A stretch of DNA of 64,000 bases from Rhodothermales bacterium. GTDB lineage: Bacteria; Bacteroidota; Rhodothermia; Rhodothermales; VXPQ01. Each line of letters begins with the position of its first letter. Positions within the stretch are counted from its first letter, which is position 1. The notes beneath the pieces are model-generated. The model ran no database searches, was not told where the DNA came from, and was given only the letters and a program-made list of their open reading frames with translations. The stretch covers positions 32,001 through 96,000 of the forward strand of contig JBBDTI010000075.1 in the NCBI GenBank assembly GCA_040904565.1, in the 5' to 3' direction. Positions 9,766-19,286 of the stretch are shown piece by piece. A program made the position numbers and the translations under genes.

Positions 9766-9951
9766 CTAACGCTCTTTCCAGGGCCGCCAGGACCACCCCA
9801 TTAGATTCTCTAGTATTAAAAAACCACCCAGCGTAAAGAGCACGGCGAACCCGTAGATGAAGCTCGATAGGAGGACCGAAGCGGTTTTTCGTGCGTTTTT
9901 CGGTCCGGACGTCTGGGAAGCGGATGTCTCGGATCTGGATCTGTCGGACAT
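9766..9951 (-). CDS. Possible small single-pass membrane protein (61 aa)
   Basis: Polar N-terminus, one clean hydrophobic helix VLLSSFIYGFAVLFTLGGFLIL, Trp-rich basic tail; lies in otherwise empty intergenic space. Confidence 0.5.
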   Translation of the reverse strand: MSDRSRSETSASQTSGPKNARKTASVLLSSFIYGFAVLFTLGGFLILENLMGWSWRPWKER

Positions 9952-10188
9952 GGACTCGTGCCTGGTTTCTTCCTGGGCCGGCGACGTGCGGTACGACGTC
10001 GAAAGTCCGCCCCACCGGCTTCAATATCTCACAATACGTTTGGAAGTACAATGGAGCGCGGATTGGGGCTAATCGATGGGATCGTGTTAAGGCCGGGAGA
10101 TTAGAAGCGCTTTCAACGGGCCGTAGTTTGCTGGATGAGCGGTCATACACGATCTTAGCGCGCATATTTTTTGGAGATCAACGGAATC

Positions 10189-11289
10189 ATGGCGCAACGA
10201 ATCGTCGTCAAGATTGGAACGAGTGTACTGACCGGGGGCACCAAGCGTCTCGATCGAGGTCAGATGGTCGAGATCGTTCGTCAGTGTGCCGCGCTGCACG
10301 AAGAGGGGATCGATCTGGTTATTTGCAGTTCGGGTGCGATAGCGGCCGGACGGGAGCGTCTCGGTCTGGCCGAAATGCCGACATCGCTGTCCGAAAAGCA
10401 GATGCTTGCAGCGGTCGGACAGAGTCGTCTCATGGAGACGTGGGAGCAGCTCTTCGGACTCTACGACATCCACGTCGGACAGATGCTGATCACGCGGGCC
10501 GACGTGGAGAATCGTCACCGGTTCCTCAATGCACGGGATACGCTCCAGGCACTGCTAGAGCACCGCATCATTCCCGTGATCAACGAGAACGATGCCGTTG
10601 CCACGTCGGAAATCCGCGTCGGAGATAACGACAACCTCTCCGCACTGTGCGTTCTGCTGGCGGAAGCGGATCTGCTTGTCATGTTGACGGATCAGCCGGG
10701 GCTCTTTACGAAGGATCCCCGCACGAATCCGGACGCGGAGTTGATTTCCGAAGTACGCCACATCGACGACGCGCTGCACGAGGCCGCGGGAGGCAGCCGA
10801 TCGGGGCTGGGCGTCGGGGGAATGCGTACGAAACTGGAGGCGGCGGATGTTGCGCGACGGGCCGGGGCGGACGTGGTTATTGCGGCAGGAAGTGCACCAA
10901 ACATATTGCGAAGGATCGTGGCAAGGGAGCGGGTGGGTACCCGGTTTCCCGCCATCGATACGCCGCTCGAAAATCGCAAGCGATGGATCTTCGGCGGAAA
11001 CGTTGCGTCGGGAGTCATTACAGTTGATGCCGGCGCCGCGGAAGCGCTGGCGGTCAAGGGTGGGAGTCTGCTCCCGGCGGGCATCACCGGCGTCCGTGGA
11101 TCGTTCGAGCGGGGAGATGTCGTCCGAATCGTGGGAGCGGGTGGAAAGGATCTCGGTCGAGGGATTGCTCGGTACGATAGCTCGGATGCCGATCGCATCA
11201 GGGGGGTGCAGTCGGAGGCGATCCATGACATACTGGGGTACGCATACGGGCCCGTGGTCGTCCATCGAGACGATCTCATTCTCATTTAG
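10189..11289 (+). CDS. proB: Glutamate 5-kinase with PUA domain
   Basis: [39 protein letters not shown]-terminal VHRDDL; ATG at 10189. Confidence 0.97.
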   Translation: MAQRIVVKIGTSVLTGGTKRLDRGQMVEIVRQCAALHEEGIDLVICSSGAIAAGRERLGLAEMPTSLSEKQMLAAVGQSRLMETWEQLFGLYDIHVGQMLITRADVENRHRFLNARDTLQALLEHRIIPVINENDAVATSEIRVGDNDNLSALCVLLAEADLLVMLTDQPGLFTKDPRTNPDAELISEVRHIDDALHEAAGGSRSGLGVGGMRTKLEAADVARRAGADVVIAAGSAPNILRRIVARERVGTRFPAIDTPLENRKRWIFGGNVASGVITVDAGAAEALAVKGGSLLPAGITGVRGSFERGDVVRIVGAGGKDLGRGIARYDSSDADRIRGVQSEAIHDILGYAYGPVVVHRDDLILI

Positions 11290-11315
11290 TCACGAAATCT
11301 CGATTGTCGGATGAC

Positions 11316-12653
11316 ATGCCAGTAGACGAAACGACAACACAGGATACCACGCTGGAAGGGGATACGTCTCAGGGGGTAACCCCTGTGGAAACGGTATCGC
11401 TGGTGGAGATGGGGCGCCGCGCGCTCGCGGCGAGCCGGACGCTCGCTCGCCTGAGTACGGTGGAGAAGAACGAGGCGCTGGCCGTGATAGCGGACGAGCT
11501 TGAAGCATCTGCCTCCGATATTCTACGCGAGAATTCGCTGGACGTGGACGAGGGCAGGGAAAACGGTCTCAGCGAAGCGCTGCTCGATCGCTTGCTGCTT
11601 ACGGAGGAGCGAATTCAGAGCCTTGCCGCCGACGTTCGGTCGGTCATCGACCTCTCCGATCCGGTCGGGTCCGAGTTCGGAGGGCGGAAGCTGCCGAACG
11701 GCATGCAGCTGGTCAAGCGCCGGATACCTCTCGGAGTCATCGGCGTGATCTATGAGGCGCGGCCCAACGTCACCATCGACATTGCCTCGCTCTGTCTCAA
11801 GACGGGCAACGCCGTCATCCTGCGCGGCGGAAGCGAAACGTTTCGTAGCAATATCGAGCTAATCGGGGTCATTCGACGCGCGCTTCGAAGGTGCGGCATA
11901 CCGGAGGACGCCGTTCAGTATATCGAGAATCCGGATCGTGCCCTTGTCGAAGAACTGCTGCGTCTCGACGAATACGTCGACATGATCGTCCCGCGGGGAG
12001 GTGCGGGTCTGCATCGACTGTGCCGGGAGCGAAGCACCATACCGGTCATTACGGGCGGGATCGGCATCTGTCACGTGTTCGTGGATGCGTCCGCCGATCA
12101 ATCCAGAGCCGTCGACATTGTCGAAAACGCCAAGGTTCAGCGCCCGAGCGTGTGCAACGCGCTGGATACGCTGCTGGTGCACGCGGACGTAGCCGCACGC
12201 TTCTTGCCTGACGTGGCTCGTCGACTGCTTGAGAGCGGCGTGGAGTTCAGAGCGGATGACCGCGCGATGGCGATCCTGAAAGGCGTCGGCGGCCTTTCGC
12301 TTGAGCCGGCGGGTGACGACGACTTCGATCGGGAATGGCTCGGGCTTACGCTGGGTGTCCGCGTCGTCGACGACGTCGATGCGGCGATCGAGCATATTCA
12401 ATCCCACTCTACGGACCATTCCGACAGCATACTGACGAACGACTGGGACCATGCCAACGAGTTCGTCGACCGGGTGAATTCGGCGGCGGTGTACGTTAAT
12501 GCGAGTACGAGATTTACGGATGGCGGTCAGTTCGGTCTTGGTGCAGAGGTCGCCGTCAGTACGCAGAAGCTTCATGCCCGCGGGCCCATGGGACTGGAAG
12601 AGCTGACGACGTATAAATGGATCGGATATGGGAACGGACACGTGCGCGAGTGA
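11316..12653 (+). CDS. proA: Gamma-glutamyl phosphate reductase
   Basis: [54 protein letters not shown]; start uncertain (TTG 11304 or ATG 11316). Confidence 0.97.
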   Translation: MPVDETTTQDTTLEGDTSQGVTPVETVSLVEMGRRALAASRTLARLSTVEKNEALAVIADELEASASDILRENSLDVDEGRENGLSEALLDRLLLTEERIQSLAADVRSVIDLSDPVGSEFGGRKLPNGMQLVKRRIPLGVIGVIYEARPNVTIDIASLCLKTGNAVILRGGSETFRSNIELIGVIRRALRRCGIPEDAVQYIENPDRALVEELLRLDEYVDMIVPRGGAGLHRLCRERSTIPVITGGIGICHVFVDASADQSRAVDIVENAKVQRPSVCNALDTLLVHADVAARFLPDVARRLLESGVEFRADDRAMAILKGVGGLSLEPAGDDDFDREWLGLTLGVRVVDDVDAAIEHIQSHSTDHSDSILTNDWDHANEFVDRVNSAAVYVNASTRFTDGGQFGLGAEVAVSTQKLHARGPMGLEELTTYKWIGYGNGHVRE

Positions 12654-13570
12654 ACGATGATGATCTTCCTCCCTCTAACGATGTAATGGGCGTGCCGGAC
12701 CTGTCTTTCGACCTAACTCTCAATCCACCTGCGCGGAGCGTACGCCTCGTCGAAGAGATGTGGCGAGAGGAGTCGCACCCTGAAATCCATGAGATTGTAT
12801 CCCTGCTCGAGCACGATCCTGTGACGACGTTACACCTGCTGCGGCAGGTCAACTCGCCGATCTATGCACTGAAGCAGAGCGTAGCCTCCATCGATCGAGC
12901 TGCAACCATGCTTGGATTCGACGCCGTGGCGAATACGATCTTCGTCGAGTCGCGCATTCCTAAGCCGGACGATCTGGCCACGGCGCGCGCGCAGCTTGCG
13001 TATGCGTATCTGATCGGTTCGAGTGTTACGGCATCGTATATCGCGAGGGATCTCGCTCATGAGTTGGACATGGAACGGCCGGGAGTCATTCGAACCGCGG
13101 CACTGATTCACCAGGTGGGTCGCATGGCCTTGCTGTCGTCGGACCCGCAGACGTATCTACCGCTCTGGACCGAGTCGACGACGCCGTCGGGAAGGGCGAT
13201 AGCCGTTCCGCCCGGGATTGGCCGGGAAATCGTTCATTTTCGGACCGATTATACGCGTTATGGTGAGGACTTGGCGAAGAACTGGCACCTTCCCCCGGAT
13301 CTTTCCGAGTCCATTCGCTACCATGCGGATCCGGAACGAACGGAGGACGCCGACCGCCACGTGGTCCTGGTCGTAGCGGTGTCGCAATATGCGGCACGCA
13401 CGATGTTCGAGCCGGAGGAGCACCTCGATCGGGATCAATCGCGCGAACGTCTCCGAAAGGTAGCCAACGAGCTCGCGGAGGCCTATGAAGTGAGCAACAA
13501 GGCTATAGAAAACGTTCTGGAACAGTCCAAGAAGGAAGCCTATCAGGAAGCGATCGCCATGAAACTCTGA
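12650..13570 (+). CDS. HDOD domain protein
   Basis: [49 protein letters not shown]; GTG start overlaps the proA TGA (GTGA). Confidence 0.85.
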   Translation: MNDDDLPPSNDVMGVPDLSFDLTLNPPARSVRLVEEMWREESHPEIHEIVSLLEHDPVTTLHLLRQVNSPIYALKQSVASIDRAATMLGFDAVANTIFVESRIPKPDDLATARAQLAYAYLIGSSVTASYIARDLAHELDMERPGVIRTAALIHQVGRMALLSSDPQTYLPLWTESTTPSGRAIAVPPGIGREIVHFRTDYTRYGEDLAKNWHLPPDLSESIRYHADPERTEDADRHVVLVVAVSQYAARTMFEPEEHLDRDQSRERLRKVANELAEAYEVSNKAIENVLEQSKKEAYQEAIAMKL

Positions 13571-13591
13571 TCCATCCTACGAAGCACGAGA

Positions 13592-13615
13592 GAGCCTGGT
13601 TCGGGAACCGGGTTC
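13592..13615 (+). terminator. Hairpin after the HDOD gene, possible terminator
   Basis: GAGCCTGGTT-CGGG-AACCGGGTTC stem with G-U pairs; only a weak T tract follows. Confidence 0.4.
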
Positions 13616-13695
13616 GTTGTACTTTGCAGGAGAGTGAGCCGGCCGATCTTCGTTTATGCAATAGCGCAATTCAGCTAACCATGCGTGTAGATAAG

Positions 13696-14520
13696 ATGGT
13701 AGATATGGTAGAAAATAACACGAGCGTCCATTTCCCTCGGTTGATCGTTGCCGCGGTTTTGACGGTTGCTCTGTCCGTCGCTACCATCGGTTGCGAGTCC
13801 GACACCTCGGCGACGCAGGACGCGCCCAATGAGTCGAACGTGCTGAGCCAGGAAGAGCGTGATGCAGGGTGGGAGCTCCTCTTCGACGGTGAATCGTTTT
13901 CCGGGTGGCGAGGACTGGGGCGCGACGAGATCCCCGAGGGCCACTGGCAGATCGAGAACGGAACGATCCGGAAGGTTGCCGGCGGAGATGTGCCGACGGC
14001 GGCCGACGGTCAACCCCTCGAAGGAGGTGACATATTGACCGAGGCGACGTTTGAAGACTTCGAGCTCGCCCTGGAGTGGCGCGTGAGTGAGGTGGCTAAC
14101 AGTGGCGTCAAATATAACGTCTCCGAGGCCATGTCGACGTCATCCGAGCCGCAGCATGCGGCACTCGGCTTTGAATATCAGATTCTGGACGACGATCGGC
14201 ATCCGGATGCGCTGAACGGTCCAACCCGGACGGCCGGGGCGCTTTACGACATGATCCCGCCAAACGAAAATAAGGCACTGCAGCCCGTAGGCGAGTGGAA
14301 CGAGGCGCGAATCGTGTTCGACGGATCCCGCGGCGAGCACTGGCTCAACGGAGAGCTCGTGCTCGAATACGATCTCGACTCGGAGCGATTCGCCAGCCTC
14401 CTTCAGGCAAGCAAGTACGCCGATATCGAAGGGTTTGCCGATCGGCGTACCGGTCACATCGTACTGCAGGATCACGGGGACGACGTCTGGTTTCGGGATA
14501 TCAAAATCCGGCGGTTGTGA
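13696..14520 (+). CDS. DUF1080 / 3-keto-disaccharide hydrolase family lipoprotein
   Basis: Lipobox TIGC; GWELLFDG, NSGVKY, EYQILDD, GEWN, GHIVLQDHG..VWFRDIKIR; start uncertain among ATGs at 13681, 13696 and 13705. Confidence 0.9.
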   Translation: MVDMVENNTSVHFPRLIVAAVLTVALSVATIGCESDTSATQDAPNESNVLSQEERDAGWELLFDGESFSGWRGLGRDEIPEGHWQIENGTIRKVAGGDVPTAADGQPLEGGDILTEATFEDFELALEWRVSEVANSGVKYNVSEAMSTSSEPQHAALGFEYQILDDDRHPDALNGPTRTAGALYDMIPPNENKALQPVGEWNEARIVFDGSRGEHWLNGELVLEYDLDSERFASLLQASKYADIEGFADRRTGHIVLQDHGDDVWFRDIKIRRL

Positions 14521-14530
14521 GCTGTACGCC

Positions 14531-14866
14531 ATGCCGGACTCAACCCATACAGGAGCTGCCGGGCATCTAACGAGCGAGCAGCTCCTATTCCTGAGCGCGT
14601 GGAGGCCTGTCGAGACGGATACGAGCCCTAGCGAAGGGGATCGGTGGACGTGCTTGAACTGCAGCGGCGACGTCGCCTATTTCCGTACGCTGGCACGGTT
14701 GGAAGGGGAGAAGGGGCAATACATGGTCCAGTGTCCTCTATGTGACCATCTTCAGGTCGTTCGACTGACGCCGGAGGAAGAACGTACCATATCCGTCGAA
14801 TATGGCGGTCCGCACATCGATCGCTTTCTGACATTTCTGGATCGAAGAAATGCGGGCCACGATTGA
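14531..14866 (+). CDS. Hypothetical zinc-ribbon protein (CxxC...CxxC)
   Basis: ATG 10 bp after the DUF1080 stop; CLNC and CPLC pairs. Confidence 0.65.
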   Translation: MPDSTHTGAAGHLTSEQLLFLSAWRPVETDTSPSEGDRWTCLNCSGDVAYFRTLARLEGEKGQYMVQCPLCDHLQVVRLTPEEERTISVEYGGPHIDRFLTFLDRRNAGHD

Positions 14867-15014
14867 GTCGGTCGTGTGGAACGAGTCGGCTGGACCAATT
14901 GGGTCGTGCGGAACGTGCCGGGCGGCGGCTGGACGAAAGCGGCTGATTTAAGATGGCAGGGGGAGAAACCGATACTTTCGGCAAGACGCGCGTACCCCAA
15001 CCCCGGCTTCTTAG

Positions 15015-15404
15015 ATGATGAAGGTCCTGATCGCTGAAGACAACGTTATCATGGCCTCCGCACTGAAGCGAATGCTTCAGCATATGGGATTCCATTACGT
15101 GCGTGAAGCAAATGACGGGGCGGAGGCTCTCAGCCTCCTCGCGCAGGAAAGCTACGATCTCGTCGTGGTGGACTGGATGCTGCCTTCGCTAAGCGGCGTC
15201 GCCATCGTTAAATGGATGCGCTCCAAGCGGCCGTACGCCACCTGCCCGGTGATTATGGTCACCATCAAGGATCAGCCCGAGGACGTGCTCCTCGCCGTGG
15301 AGTCCGGCGTCGACGAATACATGATCAAGCCCCTCGATAAGCACATCCTTCACGGAAAGGTCCAGAAGGTCATGAAGCAGCGTGCCGGCTTCGGTGCGGT
15401 TTGA
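15015..15404 (+). CDS. Stand-alone CheY-like response regulator
   Basis: KVLIAEDN, VVVDWMLP (phospho-Asp), IMVT, IKP. Confidence 0.9.
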   Translation: MMKVLIAEDNVIMASALKRMLQHMGFHYVREANDGAEALSLLAQESYDLVVVDWMLPSLSGVAIVKWMRSKRPYATCPVIMVTIKDQPEDVLLAVESGVDEYMIKPLDKHILHGKVQKVMKQRAGFGAV

Positions 15405-15413
15405 CGTAACGTC

Positions 15414-15842
15414 TCAGCCGGCTTGCAGCGTGGCATCTACGCTGATTTCCGCGCTTTTCTTGAAGAGCTGCGATACGGGACACGCATTCTTTGCGGCCTC
15501 TGCCGTTTTCTGAAAGGTATCCTCGTCGATTCCCGGTACGTCGGCGACGGTGACCAGACGAATTTCATTGATGGATGGGCCGTCGTCCGTCATGTTCAGA
15601 TGGACGTGAGCCGTCGTATTCACGCTGTTGGGCGTATGTCCTGCTTTGGCCAATTCATTAGAAAACGCCATGGAGAAACATCCGGCATGTGCGGCCGCGA
15701 GCAACTCTTCAGGATTCGTCCCATCTCCTTCTTCGAATCGGGACACGAAGGAATAAGGCCCTTCCCAGCCGGCCATCTTCATGGTTCCCTTCCCACTTTT
15801 CAGGTCTCCTTTCCAACGTGCTTCCGCTTTACGAACAGGCAT
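15414..15842 (-). CDS. osmC: OsmC family peroxiredoxin
   Basis: AEARWKGDLKSGKG, SRFEEGDGTNPEELLAAAHAGCFSMA, AKNACPVS. Confidence 0.93.
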   Translation of the reverse strand: MPVRKAEARWKGDLKSGKGTMKMAGWEGPYSFVSRFEEGDGTNPEELLAAAHAGCFSMAFSNELAKAGHTPNSVNTTAHVHLNMTDDGPSINEIRLVTVADVPGIDEDTFQKTAEAAKNACPVSQLFKKSAEISVDATLQAG

Positions 15843-16134
15843 AATGGTATCGATCTCTTCTGGTTGGTGGAACTGGCTTAGGCGTGCACGGTGAGGCGAC
15901 AATGGATTCGGTCTCACCTGCTCCGTCCATTTTAGGGCATCTGTGGAAAACAAATGTTGTCGTCACGTGATTTCTACACTCTTCCTGCCCGATGATTGCC
16001 GTCGAATGAGTCGGTGCGTCGTATTCGACGGAACTCCATCGGAGATTCATGCGAGGCATCGCCTAATGGAACGATTAGGTGGTCTCACGTCGTATAAGGA
16101 TAACTGATAATGCAACCAGAACGGACGCGAATAC

Positions 16135-16548
16135 GTGGCTACGAAGAGTTCACTTTCGATACCCGTCGAAGAAATGTCGCTCGATGCCCTTTCCGAGCGC
16201 GTTCAGATCTCTAAACAGACGCTCGTACGCTGGGTTGATCGACATCTGATCGACGCCAAGCTTGGATGGGCTCTTTCATCGGACAATAATGAGATTCGCG
16301 TGATCGAGCTGTCGGAAGACACGCTCGACTTTCTTGCGTCGTTTGCTGAGGACTATCGAGAAGATACGGTCACGCGGACGGAGGCGAGGCGTATTCTCAA
16401 GAAGATCGATCGCAAGAAGATTAAGAAGATGATTCGCGCGGACGACATCCTCGCCGTGGAGGTAGATGACGAGGTGAAGATCGTCGTCGGCAGTATTGAA
16501 GACTATCTCATCGATCAGGAAAGGGACGAGGAAGAGGAAGAAGAATAG
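16135..16548 (+). CDS. Hypothetical protein, probable tandem MerR/Xis-like winged HTH with acidic tail
   Basis: SLDALSERVQISKQTLVRWVDRHLI and VTRTEARRILKKIDRKKIKKMIRADDI segments; poly-Glu C-terminus. Confidence 0.65.
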   Translation: MATKSSLSIPVEEMSLDALSERVQISKQTLVRWVDRHLIDAKLGWALSSDNNEIRVIELSEDTLDFLASFAEDYREDTVTRTEARRILKKIDRKKIKKMIRADDILAVEVDDEVKIVVGSIEDYLIDQERDEEEEEE

Positions 16549-16697
16549 GCGTTCTTCGGCAACCACATCAAAGCGGGGAAGCCGGGTCTGCGTTTATTTT
16601 ATATCGCCTCGTCGCCCGTTCCGGCCGCATCTCTCGGGCACGGCATCCGTTCATGCATCCCCTGGGCACCCTTCACATCATGTTACGTGAGTAAGCT

Positions 16698-18494
16698 ATG
16701 TCGAACGAGCACTCCGGTGCGCAAGCCGTCCGTTGGAATCTAACCGATCTGTATGCCTCGAATGAGGCGCTCGAGGCGGATCTCGCGACGGCGCACGAAG
16801 CGGCCGGTGAGTTCGCAGCGAGATATCGAGGAAATGTAGGTGCCCTTCCGCCCGACGAGCTGGCTGATGCGTTACGCCGTTTCGAGGAGATTCAGGATCG
16901 GCTCGGGCGGGCGTATACCTACGCATACCTCTACTGGTCGACGGATACGAACGACGAAGCGCGCGGGGCCCTTCTTCAGCATGTACGGGAGTCGTATACC
17001 AGGACGAGCCAGCAGCTCATCTTCTTTGAAGTCGAATGGGCAAAGCTCGACGACGATCGAGCATCGGATCTGCTCGCTGCCGACGCGCTGTCGCACTACC
17101 GCCACTACCTTGAGCTCGAGCGGGTGCGAAAGGACCATCTATTGTCGGAACCGGAAGAACGCGTGCTCTCCGAAAAGTCCGTTACGGGGCGCAGCGCCTG
17201 GAATAGATTCTTCGACGAGACGCTGGGAGCAGCCCGGTTTTATGTGGATGGGGAGGAGCTGACGGAGCAGGAGACGCTTTCAAGACTTCACGATCCGGGT
17301 CGCGAGACGAGGCGCAAAGCCGCGCTGGCGCTGACGGACGGGCTGCAGTCGCACAGCCGGCCCCTCACATATATTTTTAACACGATCCTGGCCGACAAAG
17401 CCTCCGACGATCGACTGCGCGGATATCCCTCGTGGTTGTCGTCGCGAAACATGTCAAATGAGGTAGTGGATGAGACGGTCGAAGCGCTCGTGGACGCCGT
17501 TACCTCCCGCTACGACATCGTGGCTCGCTACTACCGGCTGAAGCGGAACCTGCTTGGGTACGACGAGCTATTCGACTACGACCGTTACGCTCCACTGGGT
17601 GACGCGGACACGCGGTATACGTGGGATGAGGCACGTGAGATCGTCACGGACGCTTATGCATCGTTCCATCCCCGGATGGCAGAGATCACGAGACTCTTTT
17701 TCGAGGAGCGCTGGATCGATGCGCCGGTACAGCCGGGAAAGCGGGGAGGGGCGTTCAGTCACGGTGCCGTGCCGAGTGCCCATCCGTACATCCTGCTCAA
17801 TTATACGGGCAAACCGCGCGACGTCCAGACGCTGGCGCACGAGCTCGGCCATGGCGTCCACCAATATCTGTCGCGAAAGCAGGGTGTGCTGCAAGCCGAC
17901 ACGCCGCTCACAACGGCCGAGATGGCGTCCGTGTTCGGCGAGATGATCGTCTTCCAGCGATTGATTCGTCGTGAAGAGAGTGCGACCAATCGGCTCGCCA
18001 TGCTGATCGGCAAAATCGACGATACGATCGCGACCGTATTCCGGCAGATCGCCATGAATCGGTTCGAGGATCGGATACATACGACGCGGCGCCAAGCGGG
18101 CGAGCTGACGGCGAAACAGTATGCCGAGCACTGGATGCACACGCAGCGTGACATGTTCGGAGGGAGTGTCACGCTCGGGGAGCATTACAGGCATTGGTGG
18201 AGCTACATCCCGCACTTCCTCCACAGTCCGGGTTACGTATACGCCTACGCTTTTGGGGAACTGCTCGTGCTGGCGATGTACACGCGATATAAGGATAATC
18301 CGTCTTCGTTTCCCGCGGCCTATCTCGATCTGCTGGAGGCGGGAGGATCGGACTGGCCTCACGTGCTCGTCGGTAAGGTCGGCGTGGATATGCAGGACCC
18401 GGACTTCTGGGCCAGGGGACTCGTGGCGATAGAAGACCTCGTCGACGAGGCGGAAACACTGGCGGAGCAGGTCCAGGATGCCCGTCGCGAATAG
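16698..18494 (+). CDS. Oligoendopeptidase F (M3B family)
   Basis: WNLTDLY, GKRGGAFS, TLAHELGHGVH, AEMAS, YIPHF..YVYAY. Confidence 0.93.
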   Translation: MSNEHSGAQAVRWNLTDLYASNEALEADLATAHEAAGEFAARYRGNVGALPPDELADALRRFEEIQDRLGRAYTYAYLYWSTDTNDEARGALLQHVRESYTRTSQQLIFFEVEWAKLDDDRASDLLAADALSHYRHYLELERVRKDHLLSEPEERVLSEKSVTGRSAWNRFFDETLGAARFYVDGEELTEQETLSRLHDPGRETRRKAALALTDGLQSHSRPLTYIFNTILADKASDDRLRGYPSWLSSRNMSNEVVDETVEALVDAVTSRYDIVARYYRLKRNLLGYDELFDYDRYAPLGDADTRYTWDEAREIVTDAYASFHPRMAEITRLFFEERWIDAPVQPGKRGGAFSHGAVPSAHPYILLNYTGKPRDVQTLAHELGHGVHQYLSRKQGVLQADTPLTTAEMASVFGEMIVFQRLIRREESATNRLAMLIGKIDDTIATVFRQIAMNRFEDRIHTTRRQAGELTAKQYAEHWMHTQRDMFGGSVTLGEHYRHWWSYIPHFLHSPGYVYAYAFGELLVLAMYTRYKDNPSSFPAAYLDLLEAGGSDWPHVLVGKVGVDMQDPDFWARGLVAIEDLVDEAETLAEQVQDARRE

Positions 18495-18528
18495 CGGATA
18501 GGCGTTTCCGACTGGCTTGCCGGCACCT

Positions 18529-19227
18529 CTATTCGTCGACGTCACTCGGATCGATATCCATTACGCCGTGGCGCCAGGCCCATGTGACGAGAGCGGGGCG
18601 CCATTTTTCTTCGGTAAGGGCTCGAAGCTTGTCCACGTGGTTCCGCACCGTATGTTCGGATCGATCGAGCTCTTTGGCGATTTCCTTGTTGTTCAGGCCT
18701 CTGGCCACGTAATGGAGGACCTCGAGAAGCGTGCTGTTGATTCCCAGGTCGATGAGTTCACGGCGCATACGCTCCTCGCGCGACGCTTCTTCTCGCTGCT
18801 GTCTTTTCTCATCGACGATGTCTACAGCGACGCGCGGGCTTACGTAGACACCACCCTCTGCGACGGTCCGTATGGCGGTGACGATATCTTCCAGCGATTC
18901 GTCCTTCGTCATGTATCCCGCGGCACCGGATTCGAGCAGGGCGAAGACATATTCCGGATCACGGAAACCGCTCAGCGGAAGAATCAGCACGTCGATCTTC
19001 TCGTTTTCTAGTTGGTGGGCTACCTCGACGCCCGTCATGTCGGGCATTTCCATGTCCAACAGCAACACGCAGGGGCGCTTCTCGCGTGCGAGCTTGATCG
19101 CCTCGGATCCGCTTCCGGCCTCACCAACCACCTCAATATCCGGTTCTCGATCCAGCTCCGTGCGAACGCCGGCTCGAAAGCCCGGGTGGTCATCGGCCAG
19201 AACGATTCGAATCGTAGAATTTTCCAT
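18529..19227 (-). CDS. NarL/LuxR-family response regulator
   Basis: LADDHP, LLLDMEMP, YMTKD; LuxR HTH GLNNKEIAKELDRSEHTVRNHV. Confidence 0.92.
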   Translation of the reverse strand: MENSTIRIVLADDHPGFRAGVRTELDREPDIEVVGEAGSGSEAIKLAREKRPCVLLLDMEMPDMTGVEVAHQLENEKIDVLILPLSGFRDPEYVFALLESGAAGYMTKDESLEDIVTAIRTVAEGGVYVSPRVAVDIVDEKRQQREEASREERMRRELIDLGINSTLLEVLHYVARGLNNKEIAKELDRSEHTVRNHVDKLRALTEEKWRPALVTWAWRHGVMDIDPSDVDE

Positions 19228-19286
19228 ACGGTCCCGTTAGCTGCCGTCTTGTTACGTGCCGCGCTGTCGCATTGGGTGCTGTTGGA

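Noticed and set aside
9527-10165. 212-aa ORF spanning the tRNA
   Set aside because: Overlaps a clear tRNA-Leu and has no protein-like features.
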